A stretch of 64,000 nucleotides of DNA, taken from Ginglymostoma cirratum. Taxonomy: Eukaryota. Numbering within the stretch: position 1 is the stretch's first letter; every line of letters begins with the position of its first letter. Positions 37,121 through 48,965 of the stretch are shown in pieces. Position numbers and translations under genes: made by a program. The notes beneath the pieces were generated by a model, which was not told where the DNA came from, did not search any database, and worked only from the letters and a program-made list of their open reading frames with translations. Location: the NCBI GenBank assembly GCA_024137785.1, contig JAHRHZ010000018.1, positions 31,615,515-31,679,514 of the forward strand, in the 5' to 3' direction.

Positions 37121-37756
37121 TGAGATGTAGGTTTCACTGGCTGGTCTAACAATTATTGTCGATCCTAGTTGCCCTTGAGAAGGTGAAGGACCCATTTCTG
37201 TTAACTCTTTGCCATACGTGTTCTGTTCTGTGTGGGTGTATCCTAACCTCCCATGCATCTTCTTGGCAATACAAACCACCTACTTGATCCCAAGGAATGT
37301 GTTTCTGAAGAAAGAAATTGGGGCCAACTCCTAATGCGAGTGTAGCATCGCTTTGCAGAAAAGAAGTATCGACTTATATAACCAAATAAAGACAGAAAAA
37401 TGAATACTTGCACTGAAAACATAGGTCATCCATCTATGCCACAATCTGCAGTACTCGGACTTCTGTGTTAAAATTTTACTGTGATTTTGAAGTTCTATTA
37501 CAGTGAAGTTAAAGGCCACAGAATTGGGTTGGTACAATAATGCAACAGCTCTAAACTTATAAAATGCCAACTGAAAACTTTCAGCCACTTCCGAGAAGAT
37601 AGGCTTTGTTTATGACCAGTCTCTGGGTGAGATTCCCCAATTTGTTTCAGTTCCAGATAGAATATACCAAGCCATGAAGCTCCTGGGTGAGTTGGGGGGT
37701 GGGGTGCGGTTACATCCCTCCCCTCAGTTGGTCACAACAAGGTTAATTTGAAAAGG

Positions 37757-37887
37757 GGTAGTATGAACTGCTGATGATGGAGTATTTGAGATAACAAGGT
37801 GTAGAGCTGGATGAACACAGCAGGCCAAGCAGCATCATTGGAGCAGGAAAGCTGACGTTTCGGGTCTGGACCCTTCTTCAGAAAAAG
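37757..37887 (-). mobile_element. Penelope-like pLTR end (family A) with HHR core and its own TSD
   Basis: Sense strand reads CTGAAGA-A-GGGTC-CA-GACCC-GAAACGTC. 12-bp direct repeat AATTTGAAAAGG at 37745-37756 and 37888-37899. Confidence 0.85.
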
Positions 37888-38160
37888 AATTTGAAAAGGA
37901 TCCCTTTCTCCCAGACCCAAATAAATTTTCGTTTAAAAAGGAGCCAATTTATCCAGGTTTTGAATTAGATAAAAGAACGCTTTTATTAGTTAGCAAAAGT
38001 GAGGAGAAGTCGTAACACAACACACAACACAGATTAAAAATAAGAGATGATTTCAATAATATAAAAGTTAAGAGAAAAGACACATGGATCAGTCTCAGAG
38101 ATAACAAGGCGTGGGGCTGGATGAGCACAGCAGGCCAAGCAGCATCATAGGAGCAGGAAA

Positions 38161-38196
38161 ACTTGACGTTTCGGGCCGAGATCCTTCATCAGAAAT
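38161..38196 (-). ncRNA. Minimal type I hammerhead ribozyme motif (left pLTR, stem II mismatch)
   Basis: ATTT-CTGATGA-A-GGAT-CTCG-GCCC-GAAA-CG-TC/AAGT. Confidence 0.55.
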
Positions 38197-38248
38197 GGGG
38201 GAGGGGAAGAGGGTTCTGAAATAAATAGGGAGAGAGGGGGAGGCGGAT

Positions 38249-38348
38249 NNNNNNNNNNNNNNNNNNNNNNNNNNNNNNNNNNNNNNNNNNNNNNNNNNNN
38301 NNNNNNNNNNNNNNNNNNNNNNNNNNNNNNNNNNNNNNNNNNNNNNNN
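38249..38348. other. Assembly gap (100 N)
   Basis: Run of N characters. Confidence 1.
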
Positions 38349-38366
38349 GGTGAGAGGAAAAACAGG

Positions 38367-40040
38367 TTAGGGAGGCGGAGATGAGCTGGGCTGGTTTTGG
38401 GATGCGGTTGGGGGAGGGGAGATTTTGAAGCTTGTGAAATCCACATTGATACCATTGGGCTGCAGGGTTCCCAGGCTGAATATGATTTGCTGTTCCTGCA
38501 GCCTTCGGGTGGCATCACTGTGGCATTGCAGGAGGCCCAGGATGGACATGTCGTCTGAGGAATGGGAGGGGGAGTTGAAATGGTTCACGACTGGGAGGTG
38601 CAGTTGTTTGTTGCGAACCGAGCGCAGGTGTTCTGCAAAGCGGTCCCCGAGCCTCCGCTTGGTTTCCCCGATATAGAGGAAGCCACAACGGGTACAGCGG
38701 ATGCAGTATACCACATTGGCAGATGTGCAGGTGAACATCTGCCTGATGTGGAAAGTCTTCTTGGGGCCTGGGATTGGGGTGAGGGAGGAGGTGTGGGGGC
38801 AGGTGTAGCACTTCCTGCGGTTACAGGGAAAAGTGCTGAATGTGGTGGGGCTGGAGGGGAGTGTGGAGCGGACAAGGGAGTCGCGGAGGGAGTGGTCCCT
38901 CCGGAAGGCAGATAAGGGTGGGGAGGGAAAAATGTCTTTGGTGGTGGGGTCTGATTGCAGATGGCCGAAGTGTCGGAGGATGATGTGTTGGATCCGAAGG
39001 TTGGTGGGGTGGTATGTGAGGATGAGGGGGATTCTTCTTTGGTTATTATTGCAGGGACGAGGCGTGAGGGATGTGTTACGGGAAATGCGGGAGACACGGT
39101 CGAGGGCGTTCTCAACCATTGTGGGGGGGAAGTTGCGGTCCTTGAAGAATGAGGACATCTGAGATGTACGGGAGTGGAATGTCTCATCCTGGGAGCAGAT
39201 GCGGCGGAGGAGAAGGAATTGGGAATAGGGGATGGCATTTTTGCGGGAAGGTGGGTGGGAGGAGGTGTATTCCAGGTAGCTGTGGGAGTCAGTGGGCTTG
39301 AAATGGACATCTGTCTCTAGGTGGTTGCCCGAGATGGAGACAGAGAGGTCCAGGAAGGAGAGAGAAGTGTTAGAGATGGTCCAGGTGAACTTCAGGTTGG
39401 GGTGGAAGGTGTTGGTGAAGTGGATGAACTGTTCGACTCCTCGTGGGAGCACGAGGTGGCGCCAATGCAGTCATCAATGTAACGGAGGAAGAGGTGGGGT
39501 TTAGGGCCAGTGTAGGTACGGAAGAGAGATTGTTCCACGTAACCTACAAAGAGGCAAGCATAGCTTGGGCCCATGCGGGTACCCATGGCCACCCCCTTTG
39601 TCTGTAGGAAGTGGGAGGAATTGAAAGAGAAGTTGTTGAGGGTGAGGACGAGTTCGGCTAAGCAGATGAGGGTGTCGGTGGAGGGGGATTGGTCAGTTCT
39701 GCAGGACAGGAAGAAGCGGAGGGCCTTTAGGCCATCTGCATGGGGAATACAGGTGTATAGGGACTGGACATCCATAGTAAAAATGAGGTGTTGGGGACCA
39801 GGGAATTGGAAGTTCTGGAGGAGGTGGAGGGCGTGGGTGGTGTCACGGACGTAGGTAGGGAGTTCCTGGACCAAGGGGGTGAAAATGAAGTCTAGGTAGG
39901 TGGAGATGAGTTCGGTGGGGCAGGAGCAGGCAGAGACAATGGGTCGACCAGGGCATTCAGGTTTGTGGATTTTGGGAAGGAGATAGAAGCGGGCGGTGCG
40001 GGGTTGGGGAACGATGAGGTTGGAGGCGGTGGGTGGGATC
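38367..40040 (-). pseudogene. PLE RT-GIY-YIG ORF, N-terminally truncated, with one frameshift near 39437
   Basis: FYLLPKIHK, PGRPIVS, MDVQSLYT, GVAMGTRMGP, LRYIDD, FLDL, Cys linker CNRRKCYTC..FTC, VVYCIRC..C..YIGETKR..RF.EH. The two ORF-track frames join at HEE(L)EQ with no internal stops. Confidence 0.92.
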
Positions 40041-40422
40041 TGCAGCCTGGGAACCCTGCAGCCCAATGGTATCAATATGGATTTCACAAGCTTCAAAATC
40101 TCTCCTCCCCCAACCACATTCCAAAACCAGCCCAGCTCATCTCCACCTCCCTAACCTATTTTTCCTCTCACCTGTCCCCTCCTCCCACCTCAAGCCCCAC
40201 CCCCATCTCCTATCTACTAACATCATCCCGCCCCCTTGACCTGTCTGTCCTCCCTGGACTGACCTATCTCCTCCCTACCCCCCTACCTACACTCACCTTT
40301 ACTGGCTCCATCCCCGCCTCTTCGACTTGTCTGCCTCCTCTCCACCTATCCTCTCCTCTATCCATCCTCTATCCGCCTCCCCCTCTCTGCCTATTTATTT
40401 CAGAACCCTCTTCCCCTCCCCC

Positions 40423-40458
40423 ATTTCTGATGAAGGGTCTAGGCCCGAAACGTCAAGT
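40423..40458 (+). ncRNA. Minimal type I hammerhead ribozyme motif (right pLTR)
   Basis: CTGATGA at 40427-40433, extra A, stem II GGGT/GCCC, GAAA at 40447-40450, palindromic ACGT stem III, GUC cleavage triplet ending 40454, stem I ATTT/AAGT. Minimal HHRs in PLE pLTRs are established. Confidence 0.7.
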
Positions 40459-43400
40459 TTTCCTGCTCCTATGATGCTGCTCGGCCTGCTGTGTTCATCC
40501 AGCCCCATGCTTGTTATCTCGGATTCTCCAGCATCTGTAGTACCTTTTATCTCTGATCAGTCTCAGACATATTTATGTAGCATGGATAATTGAATATTGT
40601 GGCTGTGGTGTTGAATGTTATCAGTGTCTCTGATGTTAATAGTTGAGCAGTCAATTTCAAGAATTTTGTGTTGATTGAAATTCTTTTGTTCTAGCTACTA
40701 TCAAAGTTTGTTCTCAGGACTTGGCTGACGAACCGAAAAATATTCAACTACCTCGCCTGAGGCAATGTCATTGAATGGATCTTCAAATGATATATTGCAC
40801 CTATTGTTCCATCAACATCTCACACTGCTGAATGCACCACACCCTGATACCAAAGGCCTAAGGGCCTACTCCTGCATGCATTTATGTTCTTACATGTGAT
40901 CAAAGATTTACTTTTCAACCCACCTTTCTTCCTCATCAACTCTCCCCTTCTGTATTTTTTCCCTTCCAGGTATCCAAAATTTACCACTTGGTCAATCATT
41001 GGAGCCTTGACATTAAGGGCAAACCTCAGATGAAGAAGTACCATTATTTGATCTAATACTCAAGGCTGCTAGCTTAGATGGTAATGTTCTGTGTAAGTTG
41101 GGGGGTAGTATGGACCAAACTTTGTGAGTTATCTTCTGAGGCCACCTTCTCTCATTCTCTTCTTAGAGTGTCACGAGGGGACCAGATGGAAGCATGTCAT
41201 CTTTCCCCCTTCGCATTTCAGTGATAAAATCTCCAGCCCTATGTCTTATAGCCGAGGAAACCTGTCAGTGTTTTATATGCTGACCTATGCTTTGCATCCA
41301 ATCCTCCTCCGAAACTTGTAGCAGTTGCTGCATCTTGAATGCACCCCCGTGACAGGGCAGGCTAAGTTTAAAGAGGTCCAGGCTAGCTGTGTGCTGTGAT
41401 AATCACGAATAGGCTTGGGTGCCCCGCTGAGAGTGCAGCCGGTCAGTAGCATTCATGCTGGATCAAGGTTTGCGTCCTTCCTGTTTCTAATTACCAGACA
41501 CAGGGTGATCTCACACTGTAATTCCCTGTACCTCATATTGAACCTAATCCAATTTTCCCCTCAAAACATTCTTTGTTGTGGCTTATTTAGCCTTTATCTG
41601 TAACAATTACAAACTCAATGATTTACAACTTTTCACTGCATCAATTTGCACAAGTGGTGCAGCACTTACAGATAATCTAATTCAAGTTGCTGATTTATGC
41701 TTTACTTAAAAGTCAACATAGATGTTTCTATTCCTTGCAAAATAGCTTCTGTTTCTAGGGACTTTCCACAAATCCTTGTTAAGTGTTACTCCTTCAATAT
41801 TCATTCATGTAACAGACTAAAAATGGAAGTGCAGTAATAAGTTACAGTGTTAAGTTCTCCCAGCTGGATATGGGCATAGGTCAGTGCAATCTTGGCCTTA
41901 AAAGGAGAAGAAGTTATTTGGATTAGTTTTAAAAACCGGATATGGAGCTTTCCTGTTTGCCTTACTGTCACTTTTTTGCCTTCTTTCTTAACTGCTCTTT
42001 TCTCTGTGAACACTTGCAATGTAGTTTGGGAAATTTTCATGTACTGAGCCCAAGATGTTGCTGAGTTAACAGCTGCAGACAAACATAAATTTATTCTTCG
42101 ATATGAAATAATGAAGCAACAGATTTATCACCGATTGGCATATTATCAAGGCAGCATGTAATGATTTTCACCAGTCTACAAAAATTATTGACTAACATTA
42201 TGTAGTTTCCAACAATCTTCCCATAAACTGCAAAATATCACATGGGAAAATGTGGACAGAGCAATTGACTCTAAAACGCTGCAGAATAGTATCTTCAATG
42301 AGAATTTCCATTTGCATCATTAGGTAACAATGCAGATTTTTTTAATACCTTACAGAATGCTTGTATGTGGGAGTTATATGAATAGAAACATCTGGAACGT
42401 ATATGGTACAGTAATGCAAATCAGATTCCTTTGGCAAAAGATAGTTTTAAAATGTGCACTTGTTTTAATTTTATAACATCAGTGAGGGATTTCTCTGCTG
42501 TTATTAAAACCCCTTCATATGATGTAGAACTGCAAGGCATAAGCCAAGCTTTCAAATAGCTGGGAAAACTCTGAACAAATGTACTTCATTTGATAAATTG
42601 CTGAAAAAGATTATGGGAAATTCCTTCTCTTCCCAGCCCATCAATTTATTTTAATTCATCCCTGTCATTTGCTACTTGGGTTTCAAACACAATAAAAAAA
42701 AATGTAACTATTTTGAATCGACAGAAGCGTAGACAGACATTGCTTGTTGCTAAGAAACAAAACATACAGTGGATAGTGTTGAGCTTTTGTGTTCTTTGTT
42801 TTGGGCTCAGGTTTAAATGGAAGGAATGTCAATTTGAAATCCCTGTCTCACCACAGAAATTGACACTCTTCAGTGGTCAAGAATGATGTTGTAATTTATA
42901 AAGTTAAAGCAAAATTACCTTGCCTTTCCATGTTTGTGCCTCAAAATTGTCTGCCTTAACTGGTAATGTTATTTTAATTGAAATACAAAAACCTCTATTC
43001 AAGTATTGTTTTAAATTAACACTCTCAAGATTTCATAAAAACACAAACAGAAAATGAAATTGTTACTCGTGTGAAATTCCTCACAAAGGGATAAGTACAA
43101 GAAAATCTAATTTTTTCCAAAAGTTATTCATCTGCTAATCAAATTTCAAAGTTGGAAGTTGATTTAAAATTATTCAACCACACGACTCGGCTACTGTGTT
43201 ATCAGTTAAAAAGTAGAACAGATATTCTTTATTTTTTGTAAAAGTTGCAATTTTCTCCCATGGGTTGTTGTGAAACATAAAGATATATCCTGATCTACTG
43301 CAGGTCACGCAGTAAGAATGCAACTCATCTGTCTGCACTGCATCTTCCGACCCATAATTACCAGTTGCTGCCGGATGAACCTAAGTGGATAGGTATAACA

Positions 43401-44117
43401 CTCACAATCTTGTGGCAGAATGTAATACAGGCATGAACTTGTGGTATCAACAAGTCTGAAATTGCAATACATTCAGATGTGCCAAAGTACCCTAAAAGAA
43501 ATCTGTCCACACTTACTCAAGCACACAAGCCTTTTGTCTGCTGAGTGGCAGATTACAACAACATAACCTAAATCCACAAAAATGAGTGCTACTTCTGAAC
43601 AATATTTTGAACTAAGTCCAGGTGAAATACTTGCGTGACAAACACAATTGTTTTTATAAATAACTTTACATTCACTACTGAATTTCCTCTCCTCTTTTGG
43701 AAACAAAATTTTACAAGACCATACTATTCTCACTAACAAATACCCAAAGGAAATGTCTGGTAAAAATCAAAATTGGCTGAAGTTCCTTTTCAACCAAAAC
43801 AATTTTACGAAGTTCACGATCTCCCGACGAGACTCTTTATAGACAACCAGAAACCCAGAATGACTTACATTCTTATCCAACAGCTGTTCAAATGGAAGTC
43901 AAGGCACAGACCTTAGGGTTCAGTGGATACAACTATGTTAACAACATAGTCTGGCTGCAGCTATATAACTATTTGGGAGTGTAAGATCACAGCATCATCC
44001 CTAATATGTAATGTCCAATTGCAAACCTATGTGTAGGAGCACAAAGGGTGACAAATTAGTCTACATACTTATTATATTTATTGTTAACTGCTTTGTTACA
44101 TTCGAATTTTGTGTAAC

Positions 44118-44315
44118 AATTTGTATTAAATAGTGCCTTTAGTGTAGTAAAGCGTCCTAAACACTTCAATGCAATGCTATCAGACAGAATTTGATACATA
44201 AAAAAAGGGCAGATGACCAGAAGATTGGCCAAGTAGTAGTCTGTTAAAGAAAGAAAGAGAAGCAGAAAGGCAGAGAGGTTTAAGAAGGAACTTGGGTGAT
44301 TGACAGCTGAATCCA
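44118..44315 (-). mobile_element. L2-like LINE 3' end, decayed
   Basis: The reverse complement ends GAAGTGTTTAGGACGCTTTACTACACTAAAGGCACTATTTAATACAAA, resembling the L2 tail AAGCGCCTTGGGA..TTT..TAC.TTAAAGGCGCTATATAAA. Confidence 0.5.
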
Positions 44316-45349
44316 CGGATGAGGCAGCTCATCTTGTGGTAATGTTGGTTTAGAAAGGACTATTCCTCACTCTGTTGATCCATGAATGGATAGATCCAAT
44401 GCCAGAACAAATCCATCAGCATCAACATGACATAAGGAAAAACAAAGGAATATATTTTTGAATTTTATATGTATAACCTCTTCTGCCTAACCAGCCCCCA
44501 CTACCCCAACAAGAACCTTCAGAGTATGCACTAATGTGGTACACCAACACCAAAATCTTGGATGTTACTGTCTTACAGTACTGAGGTGAGTACTGAAGTC
44601 TGGAAGTTTGTTCGAATCCACAATTTTGTTACCTCTTATCATGCTCTGATTATGAATAGTTTAAATTTTTAAACTGCAGTCATCACAAAATCAGTAAGCC
44701 ATGGGATAAAAATGAAATAGGATTTTCTAAATGGAGCAAGAATCCATCATTACCAAAACCTAAGTACAGCCTAATCATGAGGGAGATGCACGGCAGATAC
44801 AGCTCAGCTAAACCATATGATGTGGAGGTGGATGTTCATCTGTAAGCTTTGTTCAGATGTCCTCACCAAGGAGGGGTGACATAATCAGCAGATTGATGGT
44901 ATATTCAGCCAAGTTGGCTCTCTTGGGAAAGCCAAAGGACAGGATGTACTTTAAAAGGAAATACACAAGTTGCTATCATTGGACCAGTTTCCAGATAAAC
45001 AAATAATACTTCAGTACTTGATGTATTGGAGACCGCCTTTCTTGAAGAGTAGGCCAATCTTTTGAATCTTTCATTTGGGATAGAATGTATTGACTCTAAT
45101 TTTAAAGAGTAAATATAACTGGTGGGGGTGAGGGATTTTCAGCGCACGTTTGCTCGCTTAACAATGAAAATATTGGCACACGACCCATGAGATATATATG
45201 GAATCTTATAGAGGTCTGTGTAATATAGGCTATGGCTAGATGTGTGGCAGAATTTGGCAACAAATGAAGTGTAGCCCATCTTGACATTGCAATTACCTTG
45301 CCCCTGCACCCCCCTCTGCGTGTTTCTCACACAGCAGTGCTGAGTTTTT

Positions 45350-46341
45350 TTTTTGCTTTTTTTTTTAGTAGTGCTTATTTTCCGCAGCACTCGTTTTGTG
45401 TGTGTGTAGGTGCTGAACGCCGGTGAAAAACACCCGTTGTATAAATAACTTTATTAACATTCCACTACCAGGAAAAACACCGTAGTGACCAGGGAACCAG
45501 TGACAAGCAGAACCCCCGGCAGGGCAATCCTCTTGTGAAACTTAAAGTGAAGGAGAGAGTAAGGATTAAATCAAAATAGTATTGGAGGGGGAAATAAAGC
45601 ACTCCACCCACCATGGCACCCATCTCTCCCTAAAGGCACCGAGAGCATTGGTGGACACTACATGCTCCTTCTCCAGGGACACCTGGGCTCGAACATAGCC
45701 GTGGAATAGGGGCAGGCAGTCGGTGGAAATGATCCCTCCATGTCCTGGACTTGTTTATAGCCAGCTTGGCCAGGCCCAGGAGCAGGCCCATGAGGACATC
45801 CTCTGACTTGCCTTCTCCCCTCTGCACAGGATGCCCAAAGATCAGGAGTGTGGAGCTGAAGTGCAACCAAAAGCAAAGGAGAAGGTCTTTTAGATAGCTA
45901 AAAGTGGAGTGCAAACATCCACACCCAATATATACATCATCCACGGACTCCACAGTGCCATAAAACAAACATTTGGACTGGGAGTCCATGAACCACTGCA
46001 ATCTGCAGTCACAAGAGACAACTGAATGCAATCCCCTCCAGTCCAGATCCCCGAGGAAAAGAGGAAGGACTCCCATATAGCGAGCCCTCCACTGGGGACC
46101 TCCACCACATGGTTGTAAGTAGACACTCCGAGGCATGTCTGGGCAGTGGGTGAAGGAGAAGAGGTGGATGGTGTGCAGCAGCAGTGTACAGGGCCCGTAG
46201 TTTCGATTCTTTAAAAGACATGTAACAAAAATGACAGAGGTGGCTCAGGTTGTGGGTACAGGCTCTCGGGGGAGGTACAGGAATCCTGGGGCCCATGTGA
46301 AATTCTGTCCGAGCAGGCATACATGCAGACTGGATTCCACT
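45350..46341 (-). mobile_element. Tx1/L1-clade LINE 3' fragment with poly(A) tail and TSD
   Basis: ORF 45630-46136 resembles the zf-RVT-type C-terminus (QWR.RY.GVLP..GDLDWR.LH..C.FYG.VESV..VY..C..L...LLLGLAKLAINKSR). A-rich tail at 45345-45366. 14-bp TSD AGTGCTGAGTTTTT at 45336-45349 and 46342-46355. Confidence 0.85.
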
Positions 46342-46468
46342 AGTGCTGAGTTTTTGATTGATGGCCTTATTGATTGTTAAAGGCCTTGTTAACAGCCCAA
46401 TTTGCCTCATTAATATTCAGCCTCCTATCTTACCAAACTCTCCAACAAGCTAGCCATCAGGAAACATT

Positions 46469-46577
46469 CAGTTCTGAAGAAGGGCCACTGGGCTCAAAAC
46501 TGTCACCCTGTTTTCTCTTCACAGATGCTGCTGGACCTGCTGAGTTTCTCCAGAAATTTCTGGTTTGTTTGTTTCAG
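46469..46577 (+). mobile_element. Penelope-like pLTR end (family B)
   Basis: CAGTTCTGAAGAAGGGCCACTGGGCTCAAAAC...CACAGATGCTGCTGGACCTGCTGAGTTTCTCCAG. Possible 9-bp TSD CATCAGGAA at 46455 and 46579. Confidence 0.7.
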
Positions 46578-47414
46578 GCATCAGGAAGACTGGAGAAGGA
46601 AACTAAAATGAGCACCTGGTGGATTCAGCTCACTGCTTGCTTTGAATAATGTTCATTTTGGACACTGGACACTGAAGTCTCATGGCACACTCCTAGGCAC
46701 CACAGATTTTCATTGTAATGTTGCAGCAAGGACACAGTGCACTCAGAGACACAAACTCACCTCATGGATTGGACCAGGCTGCACCTCTGAGCTCTTCATT
46801 TGCTTTTTTAGTGCTCACTCATGATGAGCATACCTGGTTTTTCACAGCATCCTGTCTTACCTTTTTATTGTTTGCCCTTTCATTTCACTAATGTCTTGTG
46901 TCGCTGTTTAGTGCAGCCATATAACCAGGAATAGTTGTTAGCTGACCTCTGTCAAGTCAAAGATGATAGCCTTCACCCAAGGGCTCCCTGCACAGTGAGT
47001 CAAAAGCAGCAGCTGAGACTAGTTCAGGTCCTGCTCAGGGTGGTCAGAGTCAGGATCCCCTTCACATAAGGGGGGATGAACCATATGTTGGGCAGCCCAC
47101 CACTCATCTTGACTCTTTCTGCTCTATTGTGGGCTGTTTTCCCCAAGAAATGAGAGCAAGGCCAGTATTCAGGGAGATGAAAGTGACTGTTACAGCTGTT
47201 ACATTTGGTGCTGCTGGTGAGGTGTCCCAAGCAAGTGAGTAACTAAGCAGCATAGAGAACATTCAGCGTTAGTGCTGTCTGTGGTTGGGAGGGGTGGAAG
47301 TGACTGAGAGAAGATGTTGCATGCATTAGTGAAATTGGTAGACAAAGAGCCTTGTTGGGAGGTGGCTACAGTAGCAGAGATAGAATGAGTATGAAGCATT
47401 GGAGAGACAATGGT

Positions 47415-47650
47415 GGCCCTTATGCTGGCAGAGTGGAGATGGACATTGACCATCTTTCTTCAGAGATAGGCATTCCTCCAGATGGCACAGACTGCTTTAA
47501 ACCAGGCAGCAACCTCAGATCAGGCTGGCATGGTCTGGTGCCATTGCCTCAAGCGAGGGTCCTTGGGGAGGAGGAAATCCTGTATTGGCACCATCCCATC
47601 CAGCAGGACCTTCAGGGACCTGCCCACAAAGCAAAGTGCAGGTTTGCCCT
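47415..47650 (-). pseudogene. Harbinger Myb/SANT-like DNA-binding protein relic
   Basis: GKPALCFVGRSLKVLLDGMV...WHQTMPA*SEVAAWFKAV..WRNA..*RKMVN, homologous to the relic at 51014-51260. Confidence 0.6.
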
Positions 47651-48744
47651 GTCTGCTGTGTTGGGGCAAATGTCAGGAACTGTGCAGGGCAGCTCTGGAC
47701 TGACAGTGCTTGTCCAGGTTCACAGCAGCTTTTCAAAGATGGAACAGCTGCAAGGGATGCCAGTCCTTGGCAGATATTCACTGAGTGGTGTGTTGTTCCA
47801 GGAACTATGCAGGCTAAAATAGTGTGGAAATTGGACATAAGAGATGCCATAGTGGCGTAGTAGGCAATTAAAGAAGTCAGTTTGGTATGATAGGGTGAGA
47901 GAACTCATAAGGCCTTGTGTGAGAAACCCTCCAAAAAAACATGACGCAACTCAGACCTAGCTGAAAAAGGCCAGATTCAACCCATGAATGAAGATTGGGG
48001 ATGTGCCAGTGTGTGTGGCCTGTTGAACAGATATAAAGTTGTCTGTGGCAGCTCAGCATAGTGAGCACGGTCAGAGAAACAGTGACAAGTATTGTGGAAA
48101 GGAGTCAGTAATTGTGGTGTGGGCAGTAGGTGGTAAGTTTGCAAACAGAAGAAGAAGGCAATGTATTGAAATGCGTTGCTGTAATTTGAAGAAAGGAGGA
48201 CCATCGGGGATTGCTAATGCTGGGACCATGGTACAGGACCATGAGGGCTTTTCAGGTTGTAACATCTACAAATGAAAGACTTTTCCCTCAGCATCTCTCG
48301 TCAGGTCATTGAAGATCTTCCTACATTACTGTTAGGTTGTGATGTCAAGTTTCTGGAATTCATTTATACTTCCGACCATTACCAGATTGGGGAGTTAGTG
48401 AAGTCGGGTATGTGAGGGCTTCAGGGAGTACTATGATCCTGTAGGTGGGAAAAATATCCCCTTCTTCCCAGTCACCATTTACAAAATGCATTTCCTCTTT
48501 AAGTGGTGAGGTAAGCTTTTGAACTCTTTAAGCATTGAAAGATTTTGCACATCCCTAGCCCCACCCCGACCCCAACTGGCAAACTGCCAATTATAAACCC
48601 ATGTTGTAGTGCTGACAGATCACTCCACTTACAGAAATAAGCCACATATCTAAAGATGGTATGTGCCTTGAGTCATCAGGTTCAGGTGGGTGCCCCACCC
48701 ACTTCATACTCAGTCGTCTGCGACTTTGAAAACATTTTAATAAT

Positions 48745-48965
48745 AAACAATTTTCTCAAATCGGGTTTTGTTGGCCAAGCTGATATTACTGCCCGTTCCA
48801 AGCCCCTTTGATATGGTTAGAATTAAGTGACTTGCTCGGCCACTTCAAAAGGCGGTAAAGAGTCAACCACATTGATGTACGTCTGAAGTCAGACCAAATA
48901 ATGATGACAGTTTTTCTTTCCTCATGGATATTAGTAAGGCACTTGGGCTTTTTTTTTAACAACAC
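48745..48965 (-). mobile_element. SINE fragment (33330-33620 family)
   Basis: AGAGTCAACCACATTG...AAGTCAGACC...GACAGTTTTTCTTTCCTCATGGATATTAGT is the reverse complement of the core. Confidence 0.55.

Larger units (their letters stand above)
38098..40554 (-). mobile_element. Penelope-like retroelement (Neptune type), 5'-truncated, with tail-out inverted pLTRs
   Basis: RT + GIY-YIG coding region on the minus strand. Inverted arms at 38098-38478 and 40043-40520, plus a 34-nt tail on the right. 13-bp direct repeat GATCAGTCTCAGA at 38087-38099 and 40555-40567. Confidence 0.93.

Noticed and set aside
40041-40117. N-terminal MVGGGEILKLVK... of ORF 39392-40117 as a true start
   Set aside because: It is antisense read-through of the inverted arm. 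The real RT is truncated at about 40040.
38425-40593. Many overlapping alternative-frame and antisense ORFs (e.g. 38585-39310, 39965-40474)
   Set aside because: They are shadows of the C-rich PLE ORF and its pyrimidine-rich UTR, with low-complexity translations and no motifs.
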